From positions 1-64,000 of the IMG/VR virus record IMGVR_UViG_3300033148_006239: 64,000 bases of DNA; one strand, given 5' to 3'. This stretch comes from a virus. Under the pieces are notes generated by a model. That model ran no database searches and was not told the origin of the DNA. It saw nothing but the letters and a program-made list of their open reading frames with translations. Both the position numbers and the translations under genes were made by a program. This document shows positions 45,593 through 55,100 of this stretch, one piece after another (position 1 is the first letter of the stretch; each line of letters opens with the position of its first letter).

Positions 45593-45607
45593 ATCTTTTT
45601 AAAAAAA

Positions 45608-46744
45608 TTAAATATCAATACCAGTTTCAAGTTTCACAAATTCAACTTCTGATTTTTTTTCAAGTTTTTTATGATCTCTCTTAATTGAATTAACTAATTT
45701 AATCATTGCTTTACTCTTCTTTAATCCTGCACAAATCATATACCCAGTAATTTTATCGACATTACTAGAATAGAAATAACTAACATACGAATTTGGAGTT
45801 CGAGTCATCACTTCAATTCTTTTAGAAATTAATTCTGCTTTTGTATTCATTGTATGTTTATCACTTCCCTTAGGTAAGACAATTGCCAATATATAATTCG
45901 TTGTTGTATTTATATCAAATGATCCATAATACATTGATTCTGTATTTAATTTACGTATAAACTCATCATCAATACCTTCATCCAATTGAAAATATCTGAA
46001 ATCAACAAACCCAGAATTTTTATTATAAAGTACCCTTTTTAAATCAGACATATCTATATTCGCATTATTACCACTTAAAAAGTCATAATTTGATTTAAAT
46101 GTAAAATCATAAAACATTTTTAAAGGATTAATAATGTGATAATTAATTCTATCATAATGTGTTTTCTTCATTTTAAATCTATCATATAGTAATTGATTAT
46201 CCGCAAGAATAACATTGACATAATCAATATCTTTCAAAAAGATATTTTCAATAAACCAATTAATTAATTTTATTGTATTGTTTTTTCTCTTAATACCTTC
46301 ATTCTTTTTTGGAGTTGAAATAATTACTAATATTTTTTTATTTAATTCAACCAATAGCTCAACAATAACTCTTGTAATTCCATTTCCACTACCCCCACCA
46401 CCTGATGTATAAATAATTATATATTCATCATCATCAACAATTCTTGGACCGCATATTTCTCCATCGACATCTTCATATTTTTCAAATAAAAATTTATTTA
46501 TTTTATCAATCTTATTTCTAGCTATCATTTCACCTTTATCAGGATCATTTCCAGTTCCATCTACACCTAAAAGCATAACATCTTCAATACTAAATAATTT
46601 GATATTATCAACTGCAGTATTAGATACAACAGTTTTTGTATTTTTAAAAAATTTACTATGTTGCTTTGCAAGCATAGTCCCACATTGACCATTACCAAAT
46701 ATTTTATCACTTATGGTTAAATCTAAAAACTGTTCCATTTCCAT
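45608..46744 (-). CDS. Tubulin/FtsZ-family GTPase (PhuZ/TubZ-like)
   Basis: GNGQCG, DGTGNDPDKG, SGGGGSGNG, ADNQ, T7 loop NIDMSD. Confidence 0.85.
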   Translation of the reverse strand: MEMEQFLDLTISDKIFGNGQCGTMLAKQHSKFFKNTKTVVSNTAVDNIKLFSIEDVMLLGVDGTGNDPDKGEMIARNKIDKINKFLFEKYEDVDGEICGPRIVDDDEYIIIYTSGGGGSGNGITRVIVELLVELNKKILVIISTPKKNEGIKRKNNTIKLINWFIENIFLKDIDYVNVILADNQLLYDRFKMKKTHYDRINYHIINPLKMFYDFTFKSNYDFLSGNNANIDMSDLKRVLYNKNSGFVDFRYFQLDEGIDDEFIRKLNTESMYYGSFDINTTTNYILAIVLPKGSDKHTMNTKAELISKRIEVMTRTPNSYVSYFYSSNVDKITGYMICAGLKKSKAMIKLVNSIKRDHKKLEKKSEVEFVKLETGIDI

Positions 46745-46745
46745 A

Positions 46746-47051
46746 TCAATTACCCATTTTTTGAATTTCTTTTAGCGATTCAAAGACACTTTTAAATCTT
46801 TCATCGTTTTCAATTAAAAGCTCAAACATTTCATCTTCATATTGAGTCATCAAGTCGTTAACACTCTTATAGACTTCATTAAAAGTTTTAATTCTTGATA
46901 GATATCTAATATCTTGAGATTTCATTGGATCATTATTTTGACTAGGTTCAACATGACTTTTAAAATATAAAAAATCATTAATCATTGACAAATAATTAAC
47001 TATATTTATTTTCAATATCAAATTTTGAGTATCCATAGTATTATCCAACAT
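46746..47051 (-). CDS. Hypothetical helical protein
   Basis: Coupled between primase and tubulin. Confidence 0.7.
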   Translation of the reverse strand: MLDNTMDTQNLILKINIVNYLSMINDFLYFKSHVEPSQNNDPMKSQDIRYLSRIKTFNEVYKSVNDLMTQYEDEMFELLIENDERFKSVFESLKEIQKMGN

Positions 47052-47979
47052 CCTTTAGTTTAATTTGTAAATCTTCATAACTTAATTCATCTGGATCACA
47101 ATCTATTTTAATCTTCTTTACAAAGAAATAATTACTAAGTTTTGAATAAATTTGACACAAATTTTTATATTTAAACTCATCTTCATAAACATCACCATCA
47201 AACATTATATAAATATTATCAATATCTAATTTAGTCAATTTATCAAATTGAATAGAAGACATAATTATACCTAATAATGCGATTGCATTATAACCATATT
47301 GTTGTAAATAAATAGCATCAAATTCACCTTCAACAATAACAATATAATCTGTTATCTCTTCTATATTGTTTAATCCAAATAACGCATGTTTAGAATCACT
47401 ATCTTTTAATTTTATTGCTTTGGGTTTTCTACCGTAAATAGATCTAGCATCATATGATATTAATCTATTTTTTTCATCATAGATGGGAATAATTATTCTA
47501 TTTGATAAAACACCTTTATCACAACATTTAATATTAAAAATATCAATATACTCTTCGATTATTCCTCTATCGATTAAATAATCTTTATACTTATCATACG
47601 GTTCTTTAAATTTTTCTAAAATTAATTCATCGTAAATCTTAACATATTCATAATTATTAAACTTTTTATTATATAAATCAATAATATCATCTAGCTTAAT
47701 CTCATCAATATATTGAGATCTTAATTTATCAAGTACTGTATAAATACTGCATTCATCTAAATAAGATAATAATTTTATTAAATTACCATTTTCACCACAC
47801 GACCAGCATTGAAATAATCCTCTTTTATAAGAAAAATCAATTCTAATTCCAAATGAAGGATTTGATTCACCATGATATGGACAACAAATCATCAAATTCT
47901 GATTAGATACTTTTCCCTCATATCCTCGTTGTGAAAGTTCATTAATAATATCAATATTTCTTAAATCAATATTCATCAA
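47041..47979 (-). CDS. dnaG: DnaG-type primase
   Basis: CPYHGESNPSF...CWSCG zinc finger; VEGEFDA, FDGD, DPDE TOPRIM. Confidence 0.92.
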   Translation of the reverse strand: MMNIDLRNIDIINELSQRGYEGKVSNQNLMICCPYHGESNPSFGIRIDFSYKRGLFQCWSCGENGNLIKLLSYLDECSIYTVLDKLRSQYIDEIKLDDIIDLYNKKFNNYEYVKIYDELILEKFKEPYDKYKDYLIDRGIIEEYIDIFNIKCCDKGVLSNRIIIPIYDEKNRLISYDARSIYGRKPKAIKLKDSDSKHALFGLNNIEEITDYIVIVEGEFDAIYLQQYGYNAIALLGIIMSSIQFDKLTKLDIDNIYIMFDGDVYEDEFKYKNLCQIYSKLSNYFFVKKIKIDCDPDELSYEDLQIKLKDVG

Positions 47980-47982
47980 TAA

Positions 47983-48174
47983 TTATTTTTTAACTAATTC
48001 ATTATTTATATTTTTTAAAATATTTGCTAAAAAGCCAGGATGAGATTGATCATATTCATGCAATATATTTAGTGTTCTATCAATTTCATAGCAACATTTA
48101 GCGCAAATATCTTTAGTTATATTAAACTGATGTTCAAACATATCACCACATCTTTTACATTTAATTTTATCCAT
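47983..48174 (-). CDS. Small zinc-finger protein
   Basis: CKRC...CAKC. Confidence 0.65.
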   Translation of the reverse strand: MDKIKCKRCGDMFEHQFNITKDICAKCCYEIDRTLNILHEYDQSHPGFLANILKNINNELVKK

Positions 48175-48211
48175 ATTACTTATCTATAATATATCCTAAT
48201 AATTATTCAAA

Positions 48212-48430
48212 CTAATCAATTGAACGATTATTCCATTGTTCAACTAACTCACTTTTAGCTTCTTTATGAGTAGTCGCATTAATTGGATTATAAATTAACG
48301 TCGCGTTACAATCCAAACACTCAATCCAATATTTATAATATAATTTATCACCACTATGCATCGCATTTCTTCTTATTTTTAAATTCATACTCTTACAAAG
48401 AATGTTTGGACATGGCTGTAATTCTTTCAT
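48212..48430 (-). CDS. Lar-like restriction-alleviation family protein
   Basis: ELQPCP...WIECLDCNA...EA...WNNR. Confidence 0.7.
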   Translation of the reverse strand: MKELQPCPNILCKSMNLKIRRNAMHSGDKLYYKYWIECLDCNATLIYNPINATTHKEAKSELVEQWNNRSID

Positions 48431-48458
48431 TCTATACCTCTATATAATTTTAATACCA

Positions 48459-48610
48459 TACACCCGCCAGGATTACATACCCAGACTACATCTCACGGTA
48501 AATGCAGACTGCCGCTCTTTTTTAAGCCTTATACCACTCCTCGGGGACCGTACCCCCATTGAAGAGACTGAAAACCGAAACTGCACATGCGTTACTTCCG
48601 CCACGGGTGC
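48459..48610 (-). ncRNA. tRNA-shaped structured RNA with an extended hairpin in place of the anticodon arm
   Basis: GC-rich intergenic island; GCACCCG/CGGGUGU-A acceptor, GCG/CGC D arm, 8-bp variable arm, CUGGG/CCUGG T arm. Confidence 0.6.
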
Positions 48611-48616
48611 ATTAAA

Positions 48617-49051
48617 TTATTCTTCTTGTTCAGGTAACATAATAAATATCTCATCTATCTCATTGATAATATCACCTTCATATGACATCCAATCTGCTAC
48701 CTTTTTAACTAAAACACCTAATCTTTGAATATTTAATTCAAGATATTCTATTCTTGAATCAAGACCTTCAATCTGTTTATCTTGATCTTCAGCCGTAGTA
48801 AGTAAAAGTTCACTATCACCTAATAGTGAATCATATCTTTTTTTTACTTTACTTAATTCTTTTTCATTTATAGCAATTTCATCTTTTAAAGTATTAATTA
48901 GTTTATTAGCATCATTTAATTCAATGTTTAATTGTGCTAATTCTTCTTTACCAGAACATTGAGATGTAACACATATCAATACTCCTACAAAAAATAATAT
49001 TACTATTAATAGTGTCATATCTATAATTTTTTTTCTTGTCTTGTAATTCAT
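48617..49051 (-). CDS. Membrane-anchored coiled-coil protein, paralogue of 11973-12452
   Basis: N-terminal TM; shared C-terminal W...E..I.NEI motif. Confidence 0.75.
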   Translation of the reverse strand: MNYKTRKKIIDMTLLIVILFFVGVLICVTSQCSGKEELAQLNIELNDANKLINTLKDEIAINEKELSKVKKRYDSLLGDSELLLTTAEDQDKQIEGLDSRIEYLELNIQRLGVLVKKVADWMSYEGDIINEIDEIFIMLPEQEE

Positions 49052-50140
49052 TTATCCCTCCAAATGTTTGAAACTTCTAAGAAATTTTGTATATTGATCT
49101 TTTATTTTCTTTAATTCATAATAATCTAATAACTCGAATGATCTTTTAGAATTTACATTTCTTTTAGTAACATTTACATCGACATATCTCATTTTCACGA
49201 GTTTATAATTTTTAATAATATGTTGTTTATTCTTTTTAATAATATCATCTTTACAATTGCGTATTAAATCTTTTACATTTTTATATTCTTTTGCATAATT
49301 CATAGATATTTTTTTATCAAACCCGTTAACTTTTTCTATTACATCTCCTTTTTGACCCATCAAAGAATTATAAATTAACCAACTATAATCATGTGGCTTT
49401 CTTAAAAATACATTATTATTATTCCCTTTCGGATGCATAACATGTATTTGTTTATTTACAATTTGATCAAAATCATCATCGTTGCTAATAACTAAAATTA
49501 ATTCATCGTTACTTAATCTCTTAGACAATTTCTTTGCAGCACTATAACATAAATCATCTGATTCATACCCATCTAATGCTATTGAAGTAATTCCAAAATA
49601 ATTAAAATACTGATGAAGAGTTTCAATTTGAATAGACAATTGATCCTCATCAGTATATTTTGATCCATCTCTGTTAGATTTGTAATTCTTATCAATTTCC
49701 CTTCTGAAATTGAATCTAGAATCCCAACAAACAATTAAATGATCAACATTGTTTTTCATTGCTTGTGATAATATAGTATTTAAAGCTCCATGTATAATAC
49801 CAGTTTTTTCACCTTTTGTTGTTTTCCATTGATTAAACGGTGGTCTTTTATATCTGAAGACTAAATTATTACCATCAAATATTATAGCCTTATATGTTTT
49901 TAATTGTTCTATATTCATATTAAATTTCCTGCATATTTCTTTTCTAATTGATTTAACACTTTGACAACTTGTATGAGCTAAATAAATAATCTCATGTGTA
50001 ATTTTATTATGTATTGCAATTGAAGGATACTTATAATGTTTAACAATTGCAATAAAATATTTTGAATCAAAATCTTCACACTTTCTAATTATATTAATTA
50101 AGCTAATACATCTTTTTGTTAAAGACTTTTTTCTTTTCAT
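49052..50140 (-). CDS. 5'-3' exonuclease / flap endonuclease (PolI N-terminal type)
   Basis: IFDGNNL, YKSNR, YESDD, SNDDDFDQ; ~75-aa N-extension or a later start. Confidence 0.9.
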   Translation of the reverse strand: MKRKKSLTKRCISLINIIRKCEDFDSKYFIAIVKHYKYPSIAIHNKITHEIIYLAHTSCQSVKSIRKEICRKFNMNIEQLKTYKAIIFDGNNLVFRYKRPPFNQWKTTKGEKTGIIHGALNTILSQAMKNNVDHLIVCWDSRFNFRREIDKNYKSNRDGSKYTDEDQLSIQIETLHQYFNYFGITSIALDGYESDDLCYSAAKKLSKRLSNDELILVISNDDDFDQIVNKQIHVMHPKGNNNNVFLRKPHDYSWLIYNSLMGQKGDVIEKVNGFDKKISMNYAKEYKNVKDLIRNCKDDIIKKNKQHIIKNYKLVKMRYVDVNVTKRNVNSKRSFELLDYYELKKIKDQYTKFLRSFKHLEG

Positions 50141-50145
50141 AAAAT

Positions 50146-50172
50146 AATAACAACTTAATTAATATTTTAACA
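50146..50172 (-). promoter_or_regulatory. Middle-class promoter TGTTAA-N14-TGTTAT
   Basis: In the gap between dnaB and the exonuclease. Confidence 0.65.
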
Positions 50173-50179
50173 TTAAAAA

Positions 50180-51556
50180 TTATAAATCATCTAAACTTTC
50201 TATCTGAACTATTTCATCGTTAATTAACATAATATCAAATTGTGGCCTAAGTAAAATTGGTTTAAATCTTTCTCCATCTCTTGTTTTAATCAATTGTAAT
50301 TGCATTGTTCCTTCTAGTTTATTATCTTTTGTTTGTTTTAGTCCATAAACAATAGAAGAATTTTCAACTGTCCCTCTTGAATATTTTATATGTTGTGTAT
50401 CTAAAAACTCAACCTTTTTTGATTCATCGGTCAATTGACAAGGCGTTATTACAGGTATACCTTTCCCATTTAAATTACCAGATAACTTTCTTAATCCCCA
50501 TGATATATCAGCTTGAGCCAATGCATCTCTTGACGATGCTTTATTATCGTCACCTGCATACATTAAATTTAAATAGTCAACAATTATTTCGTCTGCTTCT
50601 TCGTTATATTCATCTTGTATTTCATAAATTAAATTTTCAATATTATCTACGGTACAATCATTTGTTAAATGAACAATTTCTAACCAATTCTTTTGAGTCT
50701 CTTTTAATAATTTAATTGACTTTTTCCATTTATCAAAATCATTTTGTATAAAATCCCCTAGTCTAAACTTTGTATATTGTATACCTGTTAATCTTGATTC
50801 AATTCTAAATTGAACTTGATGTTTTCTCATTTCTAATGAAAATAGAATTACATTTTTACCAGCAAGATAAGCATTTGCTGCTAAATTTTCAACAAAAATA
50901 CTTTTTCCTATATTTGTCTCACCTCCAATTAAAATTAATTCATCTGCCATAAATCCACCTGTAATATTGTCCAATTTAGTAATTCCAGATGGTATTCCAA
51001 TACAACCTTCACCGGATTCATATTTTTCTTTTCTTTCTTTTACAACTGCAACTCTTTCTTTATAGTCTTTTAAAAACTCACCCCTTGAATTGTCTCTAGA
51101 TTCTGATATATCAATTCTTGATGCTTCACTTAATATTTTTTTTGCATTATCATTATCAAAAGATCCATCTTCGTCTACTGAATTTATTACTAATTTAACT
51201 TTATTAAAAATTTCTCTTGATTCACATAATTTTTTAAGAACATTAAGTAATTCATTTATTGAATTATCATCATGTTTTTCTAAATCTACATTATAAACTT
51301 TTTCAACAAACTTAGAATAATTTTTAAATTTATTTCCTACTTTATTCTTAACTAAAATAGTAAATGATTCTTTATCATAATGAATATTTTTCTTTTGTAC
51401 TAAAGAGAGAAATGATCTAAAAGGTGATATTGTAAAATAATTCTTCTTTAAATGTTTCTTGAAAATATTATTTTTTCTCAAAACATAAGCGATTATTATT
51501 TTTTCAGCAGATATATTTCTAAAATGTGATTCTTCGGCTTTTTCTTCTATATTCAT
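50180..51556 (-). CDS. dnaB: DnaB-like replicative helicase
   Basis: GGETNIGKS, FSLEM, IVDYLNLM, PCQL, IKTRDG. Confidence 0.93.
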   Translation of the reverse strand: MNIEEKAEESHFRNISAEKIIIAYVLRKNNIFKKHLKKNYFTISPFRSFLSLVQKKNIHYDKESFTILVKNKVGNKFKNYSKFVEKVYNVDLEKHDDNSINELLNVLKKLCESREIFNKVKLVINSVDEDGSFDNDNAKKILSEASRIDISESRDNSRGEFLKDYKERVAVVKERKEKYESGEGCIGIPSGITKLDNITGGFMADELILIGGETNIGKSIFVENLAANAYLAGKNVILFSLEMRKHQVQFRIESRLTGIQYTKFRLGDFIQNDFDKWKKSIKLLKETQKNWLEIVHLTNDCTVDNIENLIYEIQDEYNEEADEIIVDYLNLMYAGDDNKASSRDALAQADISWGLRKLSGNLNGKGIPVITPCQLTDESKKVEFLDTQHIKYSRGTVENSSIVYGLKQTKDNKLEGTMQLQLIKTRDGERFKPILLRPQFDIMLINDEIVQIESLDDL

Positions 51557-51786
51557 TAAAAATTTCTTTCATAATATTTTTTAGATTCTTCATCGCCAGG
51601 ATAAAATTTTTCTTTAAAATATGAATCACTACAAAATTCTATAAAACCATCACTATGGATAACAATCCAATCACCTAGTTCTTTAATTGAATATGTACCA
51701 TCTTGCATAGTGCAAATAGTTGTAGGTTGTTTTATTATTTTAAAAGCATCGTAAATTTTTACATCTCTTTTTTTAAATTTAGCCAT
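51556..51786 (-). CDS. Small phage protein (PGDYG-like pattern)
   Basis: KFKKR...GDWIV...C...F...F; AAGGAG RBS. Confidence 0.6.
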   Translation of the reverse strand: MAKFKKRDVKIYDAFKIIKQPTTICTMQDGTYSIKELGDWIVIHSDGFIEFCSDSYFKEKFYPGDEESKKYYERNF

Positions 51787-51806
51787 TGATTTCTCCTTAT
51801 AACAAA

Positions 51807-52016
51807 CTATATACTTTGATAATCAGATTTTTGTATAGTTTTTATAGAAATTTCATAATTAATATTTAATACTACACCACAATGTATACAACAACAATCA
51901 AACCAACCATAAGGATTTTTTGTTTTATATTCACGAAAAATTATATCATAGTCAAAAATTTCATCTGCTTCTTTTAAATCAAATTCTTTATTGCATTCAA
52001 AACATTTAATTTTCAT
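51807..52016 (-). CDS. Small zinc-ribbon protein
   Basis: CFEC...CIHC. Confidence 0.65.
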   Translation of the reverse strand: MKIKCFECNKEFDLKEADEIFDYDIIFREYKTKNPYGWFDCCCIHCGVVLNINYEISIKTIQKSDYQSI

Positions 52017-52027
52017 TATTTTATCCT

Positions 52028-52801
52028 TTACTCATATAATGTTTGATAATATTTATGATATATTGAAGCATATTTTATTATATGATTACTTTTCATATAA
52101 TCATCTATTTGAACTTCTTCATTCTTATGAGATAATGATTCATCACCATGATCAATCTCTTTCAAATTTCTATTCATAATAGATACAATTGAAAAATCAC
52201 CAAATATATCTTCACCTGTTTGCATATCACTATTAGAACATACAAATATAGGACAATTATTCATAAATTTATTTCTTAAAAATGTTTCAACTTCTCTTAA
52301 AACAAAATCACTACCTTTTTTAATATAAACTTTATCAAATTCATCTACTAATAATACGTCTGCATTTTTTATCATATATAAATACATAGCAGTACTATCA
52401 TCTGGTTCATTAGACATTTCATTGTATAATGCATTTACATAATTACTCAATAAAAAATAAACTACCTTTTTACCTCTCGTCATAAATCTTTTGCCTATTT
52501 CACACAATGTAGTTGTTTTACCTACCGAATAATCACCATAAATAAAAAATCCTCTGCCATTTATGTAATTCTCTTCAAAATTACTAAAATATTTCTTTAT
52601 TTCATCTTTTAAAACTAAATCATAATTTACATGCCAAAATTCTTTAGGTATCTTACTTTTATATAATTCTTTTAACCATCTAAACGCCTGCATACAATCA
52701 CAATCATCTTTCTTATAAAATCCTAATCCTTTACATTGTTTATGATTATCTACTATTTTTGTCTTTAAAAACTTTAAATAATCAAGATCTTTTTTTGTCA
52801 T
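52028..52801 (-). CDS. DnaC/IstB-like helicase-loader ATPase
   Basis: YGDYSVGKTT, LLVDEFD, CSN. Confidence 0.85.
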   Translation of the reverse strand: MTKKDLDYLKFLKTKIVDNHKQCKGLGFYKKDDCDCMQAFRWLKELYKSKIPKEFWHVNYDLVLKDEIKKYFSNFEENYINGRGFFIYGDYSVGKTTTLCEIGKRFMTRGKKVVYFLLSNYVNALYNEMSNEPDDSTAMYLYMIKNADVLLVDEFDKVYIKKGSDFVLREVETFLRNKFMNNCPIFVCSNSDMQTGEDIFGDFSIVSIMNRNLKEIDHGDESLSHKNEEVQIDDYMKSNHIIKYASIYHKYYQTLYE

Positions 52802-52991
52802 CTAATTTTGCCTTCATATTATCTATAATTTCTTTATCAAACATTGCAGCACAATTGACACATACATAACAGTTAAATATATTTTCTACTATTTCTTTGT
52901 GATACATATAAGGTCTTGTTATTGGTTTCTCTGTCAATTCCTTATATCCACAAATAGGACAAGGATAATTAAATTCATTTTCTTTTGTCAT
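52782..52991 (-). CDS. Small zinc-ribbon protein
   Basis: CPIC...CVNC. Confidence 0.65.
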   Translation of the reverse strand: MTKENEFNYPCPICGYKELTEKPITRPYMYHKEIVENIFNCYVCVNCAAMFDKEIIDNMKAKLDDKKRS

Positions 52992-53201
52992 TTAAAACTC
53001 ATTATCTACTATTTTCTGAATTTCATTATTAATACGATCCCACCATTCATCAAATGTTTCGTTTAGTTTATAACTTAAAAAATCAAATGAATCTTGAACT
53101 ATATCTTGTTCATTAAAAAACCAATTTATAAGCTGTTTATCTACCATTTTAGCTCTTTGATATCTAACTCTTCTTTCACTTGAGCTTTCTTCTGAAATCA
53201 T
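52992..53201 (-). CDS. Hypothetical protein
   Basis: Coupled ORF. Confidence 0.65.
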   Translation of the reverse strand: MISEESSSERRVRYQRAKMVDKQLINWFFNEQDIVQDSFDFLSYKLNETFDEWWDRINNEIQKIVDNEF

Positions 53202-53321
53202 TCGTCTAAACCTTGTTTTGCATCAAATCAAAATTACTGTCGTATAAAATACTGACCAAATAATAATTAACAATATTATAAGTATTTTAACACATTTATT
53301 TTTAATTCCATTACCATTCAT

Positions 53322-53654
53322 TTACTTCTCCAATATATCTATTGCATAATCTAAATATTCTACAATAGATTTATCAACATTGATATCAATATCATATTTG
53401 AATGATTTCATGTGGCTTATACTAAGATGAAATTCTTTCAATTCATTTATTTTATAGATTAATTTTAATTTCTCTATATTAGAAATATTATCTACATTTA
53501 GTTTCTTAATCTCAAAAGTCCGTGCATGATTTTTAAAAATCTTTAAAGAGATTGCATCTGTATCTAAAGAAAGTTTAAGAATCTGCCAACTATTCTTTGT
53601 AATTCTTTTTGATTTGATACAATCTATTGTTTTAAGATAAAAATTTAGATTCAT
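53322..53654 (-). CDS. Hypothetical protein, first gene after the 53750 promoter
   Basis: AAGG RBS. Confidence 0.7.
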   Translation of the reverse strand: MNLNFYLKTIDCIKSKRITKNSWQILKLSLDTDAISLKIFKNHARTFEIKKLNVDNISNIEKLKLIYKINELKEFHLSISHMKSFKYDIDINVDKSIVEYLDYAIDILEK

Positions 53655-53749
53655 TTTATACCTTAGTTTCTCAATTTCTTTTCATTTAAAGACGTAGTGA
53701 AACGTAATATTATATATTGATAAGATTTTTTCTTGGACGGCTATTGAAT

Positions 53750-53775
53750 ATAACATCAAAGTTGACTTTTTAACA
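53750..53775 (-). promoter_or_regulatory. Middle-class promoter TGTTAA-N14-TGTTAT
   Basis: At the boundary between the lysis genes and the replication block. Confidence 0.7.
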
Positions 53776-53783
53776 TGCGTGTT

Positions 53784-54314
53784 TTAAAAAAGTGATAAAT
53801 TTACTTTAATACCAAAAGAATATATTACAGAATTAAATAACGCATATCCTAAATTTCCAAAGACACCAACTTTTAACCTTTTATATTGTATAGGCATCCA
53901 GCTCAATCCTGCTGATCCAAAGTAATATTGATTGAACCCTATATGTGTAAATATATCAAAGTTCAAAAGTGGATTCTTCTTGCGACTTAAAACTTCAATT
54001 AAAACAATCATTGTTTCTATTTCATTAACTAAGTCATCTATTGTATTAACTTTTTCTTCTAGCAATAAGATACTTTTACTGAATTCTGTAGCCATTAATT
54101 CATGTTTACTATTAAGTAATTCAAAATCATTTAATAAAATAGAATATGTACCATTTAAATTATCATATTTCTGTGCTAAATCAATGTATTCATTATATAA
54201 CAGTGTATAACATTGTTTTAATTCTTCGTGATTTTCTAAATCAACTTCAGGGTACAGAAGGTCTGAAATCATTAATAACACTATTGATATAATCAATATT
54301 ATTACTTGTTTCAT
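53784..54314 (-). CDS. Signal/TM + coiled coil + C-terminal beta strands; possible spanin-like lysis protein
   Basis: Amphipathic strands ending IYSFGIKVNLSLF; last gene of the lysis cassette. Confidence 0.5.
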   Translation of the reverse strand: MKQVIILIISIVLLMISDLLYPEVDLENHEELKQCYTLLYNEYIDLAQKYDNLNGTYSILLNDFELLNSKHELMATEFSKSILLLEEKVNTIDDLVNEIETMIVLIEVLSRKKNPLLNFDIFTHIGFNQYYFGSAGLSWMPIQYKRLKVGVFGNLGYALFNSVIYSFGIKVNLSLF

Positions 54315-54633
54315 GTAAAATTTCCTTATAATTTTTAATCTTTTCTAAATTTTCATAAGCGAATTGCAATTCGTTATTAATATACTTAACTGTATTTGCT
54401 ATATATTCGATATCACATTTTTGTTTTTCTAAAATATTATTAATTTTTATATCAAGTCTATTTAGATTCGCATTGACATAATCATCGTTAGTAATATTTT
54501 TATCATCATATAAAGTAAAATTTCCTCTTATAAGCCATCCAATAAATAATAATACGATAATTCCTATTATAACTAATACAATTTTGAAATATTTTTTATT
54601 TGTTTTAAAATATGTTTCATCTAAATTGATCAT
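54247..54633 (-). CDS. Single-TM coiled-coil protein (i-spanin-like position)
   Basis: TM then helical segment; overlaps the next gene. Confidence 0.5.
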   Translation of the reverse strand: MINLDETYFKTNKKYFKIVLVIIGIIVLLFIGWLIRGNFTLYDDKNITNDDYVNANLNRLDIKINNILEKQKCDIEYIANTVKYINNELQFAYENLEKIKNYKEILHETSNNIDYINSVINDFRPSVP

Positions 54634-55100
54634 TAACGTTCCTTTCTAATATCTTCTATTAAAAGCTCTATTAATTTATCAATTTTATCATCTTTATTAT
54701 TTGTTTCTGGCGTATAAAAGATAGTAAAAAATGATATTATAAATGCAATTAAAACGCCACCAATGACAGAAGCCCAAATTCCCATTCTCCATTTTTGTTT
54801 TTTTTCTATATCTGTATCTTTTTGTTCTATTATTTTAACTCTATTTACTAAATCGTTTGTTTTACTTGTGAGTTCTTTATAGCCTTCACATGTTTCATAA
54901 GGTTGCTGAAACGCACCCGCTGTTAATTCATCTTTTAAGCTTTGTATTAATTTTCTTATTTCTTGAAATTCACTTGTTGCACTTTCTTTATTCTGAAGAA
55001 GAAAGTTTACATTTTCTTCTAATGCTGTTAATTTTTTATCTAAATCATTGATCTTACTAAAAATCTTGCCAATTGTATGGGTTGTTTCAGCATCTGTCAT
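54633..55100 (-). CDS. Coiled-coil protein with C-terminal TM (holin/antiholin candidate)
   Basis: WRMGIWASVIGGVLIAFIISFF. Confidence 0.5.
   Translation of the reverse strand: MTDAETTHTIGKIFSKINDLDKKLTALEENVNFLLQNKESATSEFQEIRKLIQSLKDELTAGAFQQPYETCEGYKELTSKTNDLVNRVKIIEQKDTDIEKKQKWRMGIWASVIGGVLIAFIISFFTIFYTPETNNKDDKIDKLIELLIEDIRKER

Noticed and set aside
48459-48610. Canonical tRNA gene
   Set aside because: No 7-nt anticodon loop, no UUCRA T loop, no CCA
48402-48728. 108-aa + strand ORF
   Set aside because: Antisense to the operon and overlaps two genes; explained by the GC-rich structured RNA
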